Numbered from the stretch's first letter, positions 37,353-50,389 are shown. The stretch: 64,000 nucleotides of DNA from Fistulifera solaris (GCA_030295235.1 AP026142.1:558001-622000), one strand, 5' to 3'. The notes: generated by a model not told the origin, from the sequence alone. Numbers and translations are program-made.

Positions 37353-39424
37353 ATGTCTGCGCCTCGAACCTCAATGGCGACAATTTCTGATTCAACGTGG
37401 AATAGCGCAACGAATAGCGCTACAGCCGCAGGCTCCTCATTATTAAGCTTTGTTACAGGCGCTACTTCGCGTTCCGCACGACCAACTGATTCACAAATGT
37501 CGCAGCAACAAAAACAAATTCAAGGAGAATCCTGGAGTCGGGGAGGAAAGCAGTTCAGTTCTCATCGTGAAGTGTATACGCGCTCTCTTTTCCGTTTATG
37601 TCTCAAGTTTACAACTTCGGAGGACGAGGATGAAGGCAAACCCGAACCGGCAACTGCGTATTGGACTGTTTGTGGAAAAACAACAACGATAGGAAATGCT
37701 GGCCAGAATTCGCCGACTCCAGACACGATATGCCGCAGAATGGATGATTCGATGTCCGGTCCTGCGGCAGGTATTCTAACAAGAATAACCGATAGCGACG
37801 GAGAACAAGCAGCAACTTATGCTTTGCGATCCGGGATGACCTGCGGGTGGCAGATCAGTGGCGAACGGGGCGATGCCGCGATTCGTGTTGGAAAAGCTAA
37901 AGTGTTTCAGACCAAAAAGGTGCCGATGAAGCGACAGGTCGAGAAGCGCAAATATTGTCGCTAGATGCAGATCGGTGGGTCCTGTGTAAACAGGCCTCCT
38001 TTGCTGCGGGAAACTCAGTATTCAACGTGGAAGATTACAATGAATCGAAGCAGAAGATTACAGTCCACTGTTCGAAAGGCCCAATGCGTGGAAAGCTGTT
38101 TGATGTTCATGCTAATCGATGCCCATTTGTTTTTGGTCGAGCTCACGAAGCGGACTTGTGTATTATGGACCGGGAACTAAGTCGTAGACATGGTGCAATT
38201 CTTTATCTGCCGAACCGGAAAAATCGGAAAACGGGCAACGGAACATTCATTTTGGTCGATCTCGAAAGCACGGTGAGTGCCGTCCCCAAAACGTTTTCGT
38301 AGCTTTATCTATCTGCAGTGAAACTAACTCTTCATGAACAGAATGGATCATACATGCGCCTTACAGGCCCATATGCTTTGAAAGGCATCGGGGCGTTATC
38401 TTTGGGCGATGAGTTTATTGTAGGAAGAACTGGTTTTTCGGTCAATCGTTTTGATTACGGAATTTCTGAAGCGATCGGGGCGCGACCAACAATGGAAGAC
38501 AGAACGGTTGTGATTCAAAGTTTGCTCCTTGAACCATCGCATGGCTATTATAAAGGCGAACCGAAGGAAGAATTAGAAGAGCTCGCGATGACTACATTTG
38601 CTGCTGTATTCGACGGTCATGGTGGAGATGAATGTTCAAATTATTTGGTAGATGCTTTGCCTAGACAAGTACGAGCTGCGCTGTTAGCCGAAAGAATCGC
38701 TCTAAGGACTGCTATCGAAGAAAGCGAAGCAAACGGGCGAACTGAGCAGCCAGAAGATCCTGCATCAGAACTTATCAGAAGGATACTTAAAGCCGCCTAT
38801 CTCCGAACGGATAGAGACTTCATTTCACCAAAGAATTCTCCTCAGAGCGGATCTACCGCCGCAACGGTTATCATGTTCGGTCGCCGCTTATTCGCGGCAA
38901 ATGTTGGAGACAGCCGAGTAGTGCTTTGTCGAGCAGGAGGGCAATGCGTTGAATTGACGAGTGACCACAAACCAAATAGGCCGGACGAAGCAGCTCGTGT
39001 TCGCGCGGCGGGTGGATTTATCTTGAACAAACGAGTAATGGGTGAGTTGGCAATTACCCGCGCCTTCGGAGACAAATCATTCAAGATGGGGATCAAAGCT
39101 ATGATGGAGGAAGAAGCGGAGGACGTTTCTGGTAGCGCCGAGGCGAAAGATCTTACCGCACCGCTGGTTAGTGCGGAACCAGAAATTGCTTCTATGATTT
39201 TGAGCCACAGTGACGAATTCCTCCTTCTTGCATGCGATGGACTTTTTGACGTGTTCAGATCACAAGACGCAGTTGCTTTAGCTCGACAAGAGCTTATCGC
39301 CCATCGTGGTGAGCCTGCCGAGGTTGCTCGTATTCTAAGTGATCAAGCCATTCGCGTGCGGCGAAGCAGAGACAACGTTAGTATTTTGATCATCGTGTTA
39401 AGGCCTTTTTGGGAGCTTAACTAA
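37353..39424 (+). CDS. FHA-domain protein phosphatase 2C
   Basis: FHA motifs FGRAHEADL..LSRRHGAI..DLEST|NGSY (intron 38273-38341); PP2C motifs RPTMEDR, VFDGHGG, NVGDSR, LAITRAFGD, LACDGLFD and RDNVS; frameshift near 37950. Confidence 0.9.
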
Positions 39425-39595
39425 TTGATTTACTTCTTTGAGTCAATGATCACTGACATAAAGAACGATCGAGGCATTTTTTAAATTGCGTTCAAGGATC
39501 GAACCTTGTATCCGTTAAATTTGAACCGACCAGAGAGTTGTAGGTAAATCCATTCTAGGGTGATCTTCCTCTATAGTCTACATTATAATCTACAA

Positions 39596-40870
39596 TTAGG
39601 AGAGAGCAATCCACAAAAGCGGGAAAACCCATAAGAAAATAGCCAAGGTTGCACTCCACCACTCTTGTTTCCGTTGCCTTTCTGACCTCTCGCTAGTTTG
39701 TAGTGGTTGATACGTGCTGCCTATTATATTCGCTGCCGCAAGCGCCCATCCAAAATAGGATCCACCAAGTGTGCCCAAGAAGCAATTATAAGGTTGTTGA
39801 AACCATGCCGCAGCTGTCAGTAGTATTGCACAGCTGAACAGAGGCAACCTCCGATGCGGTTGAAGAATACCCGTTGCACAAAGAACCCCACATGTTCCCC
39901 ATGAAATGCCTCCTGTCAGCGTTCCAGTCAATTCAATCTCTTCTTTCCGAAACGTATAGCGTGCGATTTTTGAGTCGTCCCAAGCCAAAGTCCATAATTC
40001 ACCGGTCATTACTGCAGTCACGTAAATAACAAGTACATGCGCTTGCGAATAGCGCAAAGATCTCGCGGATTTGCGCATTTTTTCTTGTTCTTGGGTATTC
40101 GATAACACCAAGACCCATATTAGACACACCGTGGCCCATTCCCCCAGCGAAGTCGACATACAAATGGCGGTCCCCAAACGCCAATACGACTGATTTAAAA
40201 ATATACTGGCGGGGGCTAAGGCACCCGAGCGCAGCAACGTCTCATCACCGGGTCTCCACCATGTCATCCATGCATACGGTGAAAACAGCGAATAACGTTC
40301 TTTCGATAGAATTAAGGCATCACCGCTTCGCCAAGACCAAATAAGCATGACTATTAAATGCAGCAGCGACAGCGAACATATCACGACCCCGGTTCCTTGA
40401 AGACGTATTTTTCTAGTAGAAAAGAACATGATCGACGCAGGAGAAAGAGGGATTTCCGCCGTGTAACGTGGATGAAAGGAAGTCGCTGTCGATCGAATAT
40501 TCGGTGGTGGTTGTAATAGAGAAGAATGTTCACTCGGATATTGTTGAATGTTTCGTTTCGGAAGACTATCGTACTGCAATGCCACTTTAATAGTGGATTT
40601 GCGAAGTCCATGTTCCTCGTCATCGGTAGTACTGTTGCTATGCTCATCATCATCATCATCATCATTATCAAACGACCGAATTGGACTCAAACGCGCCCCG
40701 ATCCAAGAAGTGTCGTGCAATCGAGGCAGACTGCCCGGTTCGGCCGACGAGGAGCGACCATTTGGTTGAAACAAGGATAAAGACGTAGGGGAAAAGAAGT
40801 CGCTACTGTCATCGCTTTCGTGCTCATCATCAAGGTAATTGGGTTTCGTTGTATTCTTTAAAGGATTCAT
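39596..40870 (-). CDS. Rhomboid-like membrane protein, probably catalytically inactive
   Basis: PGDETLLRSGAL..QSYWRLGTAI, multiple TM helices; no clear GxSG or catalytic His. Confidence 0.6.
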   Translation of the reverse strand: MNPLKNTTKPNYLDDEHESDDSSDFFSPTSLSLFQPNGRSSSAEPGSLPRLHDTSWIGARLSPIRSFDNDDDDDDEHSNSTTDDEEHGLRKSTIKVALQYDSLPKRNIQQYPSEHSSLLQPPPNIRSTATSFHPRYTAEIPLSPASIMFFSTRKIRLQGTGVVICSLSLLHLIVMLIWSWRSGDALILSKERYSLFSPYAWMTWWRPGDETLLRSGALAPASIFLNQSYWRLGTAICMSTSLGEWATVCLIWVLVLSNTQEQEKMRKSARSLRYSQAHVLVIYVTAVMTGELWTLAWDDSKIARYTFRKEEIELTGTLTGGISWGTCGVLCATGILQPHRRLPLFSCAILLTAAAWFQQPYNCFLGTLGGSYFGWALAAANIIGSTYQPLQTSERSERQRKQEWWSATLAIFLWVFPLLWIALS

Positions 40871-41394
40871 TGTGTATTTCGCTGGATCATGTAAACGGCC
40901 ATCGCGTAGACTCTTGCCTTCAAAAAATAATCATCAATCATTTATTTACGGAGTACTACGTAAAAACTATTTGTCATTTCTTTCATTTTTTTTCTAGCCA
41001 GCAGAAACATCTCTAATGCGACGAACCGCATGAGAAATCTCAATAAGGATTTGATGACGTGAATTTCATTCCACGTGGCACACACGGGATCCACGTCCGA
41101 GTCAGAAGGAGGTTCGGGCATCCATCACATGGGAAGTTCTGTATCGATCGCCAACGAAATGGCGACCGGTACTCGTACTATGACGTAGAAAGAATGCACC
41201 TTGAAAAGGAGGTCTGTTTTTGACCTTTCCTTTTTCCTCCAAGCGATTTTTGTACTGGTTCGCGTTACGCGTTCACCTCGCCATGAATAAAATCCAAACC
41301 AGAACGAATACACATCATCATTTAGATCGACTTCATTCCTTTCATTCGTTTCCTTTGCACCTTAAATATTACAAATTTACAGAAGAAGAAGAAG

Positions 41395-42425
41395 ATGGAG
41401 ACGTCAAGACCTTTTTTAAGACAGTGGCTATTTACTTACACTAGTTTTCTGCTAGCATGTTCCAGTGTTCACGCTTTTGTGCCGCATCGACCCGTGATGC
41501 CTGCTTTTGCGTGGCAACATCACAGCATGACGGCAGATAAAGCGACCGATCTTCCCATGATTGAAACGATGCGAGCAGGAGAAATTAAAAAAGAATTAGA
41601 GAGCTACGGTATATCCACGGTCTCCTTTTTGGAAAAAAGTGAATTAGTCAACGCCCTCACGAAAGCTCGGGCAGAAGGACTCACCCCAAGGCATCTGCTA
41701 CTACCAGCTCTTCTTCAACATCGTCAACAACTAGCAACACCAGCTCGAAGCAAACCGATGCTAGTGGAAAACCAAGAAGTGAACGCATCCAAGAAGAGAT
41801 GGAGAAATTGCAATCCATGAAGGCTTCGGAAATGAAAAAAGAACTTGAAGAACTCGGTGTTTCGACCAAATCCTTTTTCGAAAAACAAGAGTTCATGAAA
41901 GCTTTGGCCGAAGCACGTGTGGATGGCGTAAAGAAAGAAGAATCGTACGCGGAGTACACCAATGTGGAGGTTTTGACGGACGAGTTCTCGGGTCCACGTC
42001 CCAAAGGACAGCAATCACCGAGCTCGTACGGTGGGCCCGTAGATGGTCCAGGTTCCGTGGGCGGCATGGGAATTGCGGATATTTTAAAAAATATGGGAGC
42101 GGGTGGAGCCGGACGTGGACCTTTCGCGAATGGGAATGTCGGCAACGCCAGTCCGTTTGGTGGAGCGAACCCATTCGGTGGCGCCAATCCGTTCGGTGGC
42201 AAGGGAGGAGGTAGTCCATTCGGAGGTGTCGATCCAGGTTCTTTTGCCAAAGCCCAAAAAATGATGAAGGACCCGAAAGTACAACAAATCATAGCCAAGG
42301 CACAGTCCAATCCTGCGATAATGAAGAAGATCAACGAATGCATGAGCAACCCTGCTGCATTCGCTAAATACCAGAACGACCCGGACGTTGCGGATTTGAT
42401 CAAAGAACTTCGAAAATTTAGCTAG
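41395..42425 (+). CDS. Plastid-targeted protein with duplicated LEM/SAP-like motif and C-terminal STI1 domain, frameshift near 41690
   Basis: VHAFVP presequence; MRAGEIKKELESYGISTVSFLEKSEL and MKASEMKKELEELGVSTKSFFEKQEF; MKDPKVQ..SNPAAFAKYQNDPDV. Confidence 0.72.
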
Positions 42426-42566
42426 AAAAGCGTGCCGTTATTTACGCAACACAAGCACAACGATTATTGCATGAGTAGTATCATCAGAGGTATTTTAACA
42501 GCATACAAGAACGATATTTCCAAGTCAAACAACCAGCGCTTCTTTATCATGTTTTACTTTGTTTTT

Positions 42567-43791
42567 CTAATAGTATACTCCTTGTTCTTTTCGTTTACTG
42601 TTTTGAATGAAACTAACAATAATAGACGTCAAACGATGACGACCGTCCAGAAGATGCACGGCATGATCACTGTCAGCCAGAATCGACCAAGTGCGGTCCG
42701 AACCCCGGCCCAAATTGCAAAACAACTCTTGTTGTATATGCAGAGGCGCATAGGGATCTTGATCGCCGGCCACCACCAATGTAGGAACATGTATTCGAGC
42801 CGGATCGCAGTTGTTAAACTGGTACAAATGCCTCCAGGATGCTTTGATGGGGTCACTCACCAAAGCGGCTGTACCGAAATGACAAGCGGGTTCGGGGGGA
42901 ATGGTGCCTTCTATGGTGAAGTCTTCAATAGCATCATCGAACGTATTGAGTCTTGGTTCCGGTACTTTAGCTGGATCCGGATTCATGTTGACGTACAGAG
43001 GATCGCGCGGATATCGATGCAATGGGTCATAAATGGAGCCATACAATATTAATTTAGACAAGGCGGTTCGCTTGAGTTGTGCCGTCAGCTGTGCGACTAA
43101 GGCACCCTGACTCCACCCCAACAGTGCGGGAAGTTCCGCCTTGGTTCCGTTCGTATCGATCAGGTCAGCATCAAATCCATGACGTTCCGCAATCCATTCC
43201 AAAACCGACTCGGTATCACGAACACAACGCAGTGGCTCTACGCAACCCGTGTCATCTTTAGCCGTCCCTCCAAAACCACGAAAATCCATGCAATACGGAA
43301 CTAGACCATGTTCGAGCAAAGCTTCCATGAGAGATCGCGACTCATCTCCGCGGGCCCGGTGGGTAGGACCGCCCATGAGATGATAGACGGGGACCGACGA
43401 CCACGTGCGACCGTGTAACAACAGAATCGGACGCAATGACGGATCCTCTTGGTACTGGACAGGCTCGGTGCTTTGAATACCGTATACGGCGAGGGATGAT
43501 CGTCGCCTTTGGCTTTGACGGAATACACATCGAGGCCATCGAACAAGTGGGCTCCCTTTGCCCAAGTTGTGTGCTTTCGAAGGATTTGTCGGCTGTACTG
43601 GAAGAGAAGCGTGTTGTAGAGACTCCACCCGGTCCGGAAATCGTCTGACTGGAACTGAATCGAATTAAGTGGGGTGAAATGTAGCGACCAAATCGTCGTT
43701 TGCCCGCTGACTGAAAAGCCGGCGAAAAGCACCGGACAACGGAAGAGCGATTGAGCATGAGGATCAGAGAAGCAAGTGATAGTAAGAGCAT
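42567..43791 (-). CDS. Alpha/beta hydrolase with N-terminal targeting peptide, frameshifted
   Basis: LLLHGRTW, MDFRGFG, GWSQG nucleophile elbow, AGDQDP and DHAVH. Confidence 0.85.
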
Positions 43792-44574
43792 GTAACAGAC
43801 GAGCCGATATAAGAATGTAAATTGTTTGATAATGAAACAAACTGTTTGATTGCTTTCTCGGAAATCAAAGACTTTTTGTTTTTGATGTGTGTTTTTCCGT
43901 TTTAGTTTTGCGAGCGGCGAACGAGAGGAGCGAAGCAAAAACACTAAAGCGTGAAGAGGACGTACGAAACAATCCCTTATCCCTACAGGAGCTTTATAGT
44001 GATAGAAATGAGAAAACAGGCATGACGAAACGACAACGATCCGCAAGGAATTTCGACATGAACAATCATGGAGTATTGCTAATGCTGATGTACCACCACA
44101 CAGAACTTAATGGAGATTAGTTGTTGCAATACGAAAGGGAAAAATACATTCATGAATGGAAAGCAGTCGTGGTTAAGTTGACGGTACACCATGGTCTATA
44201 GTAAATTGGCACCATAACGACATTAACAATCAAGGCATGCATGTGCAAACGCTGATGTATCTAATTGAAAATTGAAACAAGACGACACTCATAGGTAGTT
44301 TACCAGTCGCACAGAAACTAAAGGGGTTTGAACAGCAATGGGGCTCGAAAAATATTCATTCACGAATGTGAATGCAGTCGTGGTACTGATGTACCTGCTA
44401 ACGTTGAAACCACCCACTTTGTTCAAAAAAATTACAGTAAATATGCACAAAAAAAATTCGCGAGGAATCAACATCACGAACATGACAATTATGGGTTCAA
44501 TAGATACTCCGTATTGAATAATCCAGCTTTTGTTTAAAGACTTCGTAATCGGAAGCTGAGTCATTTTTTCATAA

Positions 44575-44661
44575 CCATCTCACGGTTTTCAGATAAAGCC
44601 AATTCCTCGCGGGGTAATAGATATGAAGAATTGGTCCATAATCGTCATTCACCAGGGATGG
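44575..44661 (-). promoter_or_regulatory. Candidate SECIS element in the selenoprotein 3' UTR
   Basis: Minus strand ccatccctggtgaATGACgattatggaccAAttcttc..gaggaattggctttatcTGAAaaccgtgagatgg: helix I, internal loop, UGAC/UGAA quartet and upper helix; folded by eye only. Confidence 0.45.
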
Positions 44662-44741
44662 ATCTAATTTAGCTCTCGCTATAACTATCCGGTTAACAAC
44701 TCATCGTCGACAAAGTGGATGGATGAGGGCCTGTTCTTCGG

Positions 44742-45269
44742 CTAACAGTATTCCTCCTTGAAGTCCTTTAAGTTAGCTTGGATAGCCTGAATGGACTTGG
44801 TCCTTTGTGCAGCATATTTACGAAACAAATCACGTTGGGGACCACTCCAAATATCAATCGTTTCCTTGCCGTCGAGCACCGCCGACACGGTGACACGCGT
44901 CGGATAATTGTCCGTCTGATTCTGTTTGATTTTGCTACCAGGGAAAATAGCTTTCACAGCTTGCGCTGCTGTGTCGTACTCCTGGTAGCCACCGTCTCAG
45001 TTGCGGCACTTTTAGTTGAACAATGGAGAAGTAAAACATGCCAGTAAGAAAAAAAGTCCTTTTGGTCTTCAAGTCGAAAGGCATTTATTCCCTTCGCGTG
45101 GGAATAACATGGCAGAGATCTCATCATGCATCACATATCAGCGTGTGAAGAGGCCCAAGGAAGGACAAACACAATTTTTTCTCCGAAAGAACCCCCACAC
45201 GTCGAAGAATCGTGTTTGCGTCGAACAAAGACTTACATAAGTAACAATGAAACTCAAATCTTTGCTCAT
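44742..45269 (-). CDS. Rdx/SelW-type selenoprotein (CxxU), 2 exons, 99 aa
   Basis: Exon 1 45269-45237 (MSKDLSFIVTY), intron GTAAGT..AAAG 45236-45009, exon 2 TGC CGC AAC TGA GAC GGT.. with in-frame TGA at 44999-44997, then an open frame to TAG at 44742. Confidence 0.75.
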
Positions 45270-45826
45270 GACCACTCGAGGTAATGTAGAAAAGGACAAC
45301 TGTTTAATGAACAATGTAGAAGAGTATTTGGAAGGAAACATGCACAATGAAAGCTAACAATGCCCAAGTAGGTTGTTGTTTCAGCATATTAAATGAGAAA
45401 ATGCTCAAGCACGTTTTGCAGTGCGTCGTTTCGGACGATTTTATTGCGAAGTGCGCGGAACTTCGGTTGTTGGGCAATTTCTCATAAACATCGTTCCGGT
45501 ACCGGTACCAGACAACGGCCAAACGTCGTCAACTCCGTACTCTCTTGAGTCAAGTGTCATTCGCTGGTTCTAGTCGTGATTTTTGGTCGGAGAAATAATA
45601 TGAACGGCAAAATAATGTCCCATCATCGCGATGACCTTTTCGTAACTAGGTCGGCGGTTTTGCCTTAGCTAGGCACGCAAGATTTGCTAGATAGTCAAGT
45701 GGAAACATACTTTCATTATCAACTATTCGTTGTAAAACCATTCTATGGGAAACCGACGAAATCTAGTTTGTTAGTTCGGTTGTTTATGAACATAAGTGTT
45801 GTCTCGTTTGAGATTATGAGCGCATT

Positions 45827-46765
45827 CTATAAGAATGATGAATATAAGATTGACTTTGGTGAATCTTGTGGAGACTTTCGACGGCGGCGGCGTCTTTTCC
45901 GAATCGAGCGTGATTCTTTACGATCGCATGGCGCATGACGGTCGATCATTTGGAGTGTGACGAAGGGATAGAGAAAGCTTTGCACATCGATTACATGATC
46001 CGAGTTGCAGTCAATTTTTAATACCAGCGAAAGAAAATAACCAACGTATCCCAGCTTCTTGGCACTCAGTCGAAGGTTATCGAGTGAATTCATAATGGCG
46101 CAGTAGGCCACAATCGACGGAGGAACGGTAACGAAGTGGTAATTGCTACACACAAACTCGGTCTGTACCCGAGAAAGTTCGTGTACATCGTGCAATGTTT
46201 CCGCGTCAATCACGTCCTCCGGGACTGCCTCGAGTAGCAATCGAACAAAACCCATGGTCGTTGGCGGATTGACGTGCCATCTCAGCGCATGCAGTAATTT
46301 TAATTCCATTCCCTCAATATCTTCTGGTTTCATCATTTCGGGTCCGAACCCGGCAAATACGGATGTATCGAGAGCAGTCTCTTCGTGAATTTTGATTGCT
46401 GTGTACAAGGAGGTCATGAATAATAACTGAAAGTACATGCGATTCCGGCGGAAGCGGGTTCCTGAAGGTGTTGCAAGATACCGATCGACATAGGACGCCG
46501 CGATTTCAACAGTTTCTCGACTGTAACCACAGAAATCGACGACATTGTTGCACCATACGACCATTTTCTCGCGGCAATCGGAATTGACGTCGCAAGGAGC
46601 CGTCGCGTGTTGTGGAGTGTGTGGTAACTGTGGTGACTCGCTATTTTCCAATGCCAGCCAATCGCACCTGGCGTATACACCAGTTTCTTGAGCCCGCATG
46701 GAAGCTATTACTTCCAGGCGCTGCTCCATGGTTGGGTTGTTCATGCAATGGTTCTTGTCGACCAT
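45827..46765 (-). CDS. Cyclin (diatom-specific type)
   Basis: CREKMVVWCNNVVDF..ETVEIAASYVDRYL..LYTAIKIHE..MELKLLHALRWHVNPPT. Confidence 0.9.
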   Translation of the reverse strand: MVDKNHCMNNPTMEQRLEVIASMRAQETGVYARCDWLALENSESPQLPHTPQHATAPCDVNSDCREKMVVWCNNVVDFCGYSRETVEIAASYVDRYLATPSGTRFRRNRMYFQLLFMTSLYTAIKIHEETALDTSVFAGFGPEMMKPEDIEGMELKLLHALRWHVNPPTTMGFVRLLLEAVPEDVIDAETLHDVHELSRVQTEFVCSNYHFVTVPPSIVAYCAIMNSLDNLRLSAKKLGYVGYFLSLVLKIDCNSDHVIDVQSFLYPFVTLQMIDRHAPCDRKESRSIRKRRRRRRKSPQDSPKSILYSSFL

Positions 46766-47439
46766 GGTTTCGCTTCGCGTCAAATGAAGAATAATGTTTC
46801 ATTGCGTCTTGGTAGCACTTTCGTGGTTTCTGAGGGGCTTTTAACCCTTTGGCGCCGAAATGGGCAGTATCCTGTCAAAAGTACGGCTCCGTCCCGGTTC
46901 AGCCATAAGTATATTACCGCATCGAACTCAAATTTAGTACTACGGGATACGATGTTTAGACTCAACAGGTCATTACCACTTGTACTATACCGTATAATGT
47001 TAAATTCAAAGTAAGGGCTTATCTAGTTCTGTAAATGTTAGGTCTTGCACTCCACGCGGGAAATCGTCATCCGACAATCGGGATTGGATTAATACTGTGT
47101 CTCCCGATTGGTCCACAACGGAAATGTCGTAATGACGCCGTCCCCCGTCCCCCGCAGTCACGTGTCATGTCGCATTCACTTAAGCCTTCTTGAGCCATCA
47201 CCCATCACCCCGTGCTCTCACAAACTTTTCGCTTCTCGAAACCGGCGAGGATGGCATGACGCGATGCGATGACACAAATCCCTGTTCAAGAACTTGTTTT
47301 GATGAGGCTTAATGTTGAACTGATTGAATGAACCATCGATCGCCTTTCGCAAATCCTGAAGTGGTCCGCTAATGTAGCTTTGAACAAATATCATAATGAA
47401 TGCGTTCGCCTCACATTACCGAGTAATGTCGGCCTGAGG

Positions 47440-48902
47440 TCAACGATACAAGAGATCTGAGTCTTCTTGTTCGCTTTCGTCTGTTTCCTCCAACTCAAAC
47501 ATGTTACCGTCACTCCCAAATGTTTCGTCATCGTCTTCGTCCTCGTCCTCCAAATCTACATCTTCGATCTCGTAAAAATAAAGGCCTTCGTCAAAATCGT
47601 TTTCGTCTTCATCCAATTCGTTCTCGTCCCAGTCATCATCGCCAATTTCATCGGCGACATCATCCCCTTCAAAAAGACGACAAATGTTGACAACATGGTC
47701 TTGGAGACACTGTTTTGCGCTGATAATCCATCTCGTCGTAAGCTGGCCCAAGAGCGGTACACTTCCGTTAAAGTATTAACGAATGGCGATGTTGACGCCA
47801 GGCCACCCAATGTACTCGCAGCATTCGCCCGTGTCAAATCGCGTGATACTTGTGTCAACAGCGGTATCTCCTGATCGATCTGAATTTCTTGCATAATAAG
47901 TGGGTGCACTTGCTGGATGAAGGGAAGTGTAGTAAGCCCTCGGAACCGCCGGCTATAATTGATTCTTTCATGTATGCACTCAGGGTAAGCTTTCAGTAGC
48001 AGTATAGCCATTTCCTGCACTAAGGGCCGATTCAAAGACTTAGCTAAATAGTGAATTGGCAAACATTCTCCCTCTCCTTTTTCACGGATCAGGCCAGGGT
48101 GCTCTGAAATGAGAAAGCGGCATATTTCCGTCATATTGGGCGTACATTTATGTATTTCAATCTTTGACGCGAGTGTAATGCAAACGCTATGCATTATCGT
48201 ATTCGAGTCAGCATCCAATGCACCTGGAAATTGCTTCGCCATCCAAATGAAAAAATCTGCATCGGGTTCCATCGGTCCTGTCATGCTGACCTCCAATGGA
48301 TATATGCTTGAATATGGTACGGTAGTTTTTTGTTCCCGAAGCCCTTGTGGATAGATCTCATAAAATGATCGAACCGTTTCCAGATCGCAGTCTCCGTTCA
48401 CATAGTTCCTCATCAGTGCCATATGCGGTGGATTATTTTGACATATCCAATACTGGAACACCCACGGGTATCGTTGAGCAACCCATGGAAGCAAGGTACA
48501 ACCCCAATCACTGGATGCCATGCAATGAATTAATGCTACGTCAACATGTGGGATGTGGCCGTCGGAATTCCTTCTTACCCCAAGTAGTGCATGTGGATTG
48601 GCCTCAATAAGAAATTTGATGGTCTCGCAAGAAATGGAGCCAACATCGTAGAAGAGAATTTCGAGCAGCAGCCGGTAATCCTGAGAAACTGCGCGGGCTA
48701 AAATGTGATGAGCTGTTACTTCGGTTTTGATGTTAGAATGCAGAGTTCTTGCCGCATGTTCTCGAAAGAAATTGTTGCGTGTGTTGCCCTCGTTTAGCTC
48801 ACCCGCTTCATGACACAAGGCGCGAAACTTTGTTCGCAACGCCGGTGTTAATTCCGGATCACCAACGTCTGGTCGTGACGTGTCTGGTATTTCGTAGGGC
48901 AT
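47440..48902 (-). CDS. Degenerate ankyrin-like repeat protein with acidic tail (frameshift near 47720)
   Basis: ETIKFLIEANPHAL, ETVRSFYEIYPQGL, CLPIHYLAKS and LLLKAYPECI; acidic tail in ORF 47440..47751. Confidence 0.65.
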
Positions 48903-49109
48903 GCCAGATGCCAGATGACTGGTTGTTGTAATCAAATAAGGCAATTTGCTATACGTGGTAGTCAAATTGCATTTTATACCTGGTATCATCGTCGCTCGTT
49001 GTGTTCTACACATCGCGTATTTTGTCATGACTGGAATCCAGTCGTGGTGAAGTTGCAGCGTAACTAAATAAAAAATGGCTAGAATTTATTGAACTTATAC
49101 GTCCTATCC

Positions 49110-50389
49110 CTACAAGAGAACCGAAACACTCAGACAAGTTAGCAAATCATCACAACCGATCATGTTGTTGAGAGCCATCATCCCTGCTCTCACAAAATTT
49201 TCTCCAATGCGAGTATTGATTCGGCAGATCGAATCAACGATCGGGCTATGGCACAAGATATAGAGCAGCAAAACTTTGGGAAATCTGGGCAAGCAACAAC
49301 ATGCCTTGATCAATTTCGACCTTGTTTGTAACAAGCGGATACACTTGCTGGATGAATGGAACTTTTGTAAGGTCGGGTAACATGTCAAAACACTTTAGTT
49401 GCACACACTCGGGGTACGTTTTCAGTAAAAGCATGACCATTTCTTGCACTAGGGGTCGGTTGCAAGAGTCGACTAAACGGTGAATTGGGAGCATTAGATG
49501 ACTATCTCTTGTGCAGACTAGGCGAGGATGTTCAGAAATCAGGAAATGACATATTTTGGCCGTATTGGGTGTACCTTCGTTTCCGGTCGCATTTCCGTCC
49601 CAAGGTTTCGAGGAAATTCTATTGCAAACAAAATGCAACACGGAAGAATTTTCATCGTAAACTGCATCTGGAAATTGCTTTGCCATCCAAATGAAAAACT
49701 CCGCGTTGGGTTCCCCTGCTACTTTGAGACTTGCTTTCAGGGGATAGATCCCCATGCGTCTTTCTCGAAGTCCTTGCGGATGGAATTCGTAAAACTTCCA
49801 AATCGTTTCCAAATCACATATCCCTTTGTTAAAGAGCCTCATCATCTCAAAGTGCAATGGGTTCCCTTAACAAAATTCGTGCTGAAACACCCACGGATAG
49901 CGATCTGCAATCCATGTAATCATCTGGCAACCCCAGCCATGACGTGCGATATTATGAATGGGCGGATCAACATAGCGGTCGTAATTCCAATTGCCTTTAT
50001 CGTCGGAGCTTTCATCGTCACCTGAAAGATACCTGTACCAAAACTTCCACAATAATGTATCCAGATTCATTTCAATGAGAACTTGGATGGTCTCGTGGCA
50101 TCGTTCGCCAACGTTCAGGCGCAGAATATAAATCAGTGGGCTTGAAAACTCGCCTTCGCAAAGTCCAATTCGAGCCAAGATTGGATTAACCGTAACTTCT
50201 CTTCGCATTTTTTGACTTAAGCGTGCGGCGGTAGCTATGAAATCATCGTTTCATCTGAAATCCGCGTTCCCGTAGTGTCCTGTTCACATCCATGGTCTCT
50301 CTGTGCAAGGCGCTAAACTTTGTGCGTAATTCCGGTGTCAATTCCGTATCGAGGATCTGCTTTGGCGGGTCTGAAATTTCGTGAGACAT
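49110..50389 (-). pseudogene. Tandem paralogue of the 47440..48902 gene, disrupted
   Basis: MSHEISDP..ELTPELRTKF matches MPYEIPD..ELTPALRTKF; RYPWVFQHEFC*GNPLH has TAA at 49867-49869; further frame breaks. Confidence 0.7.
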
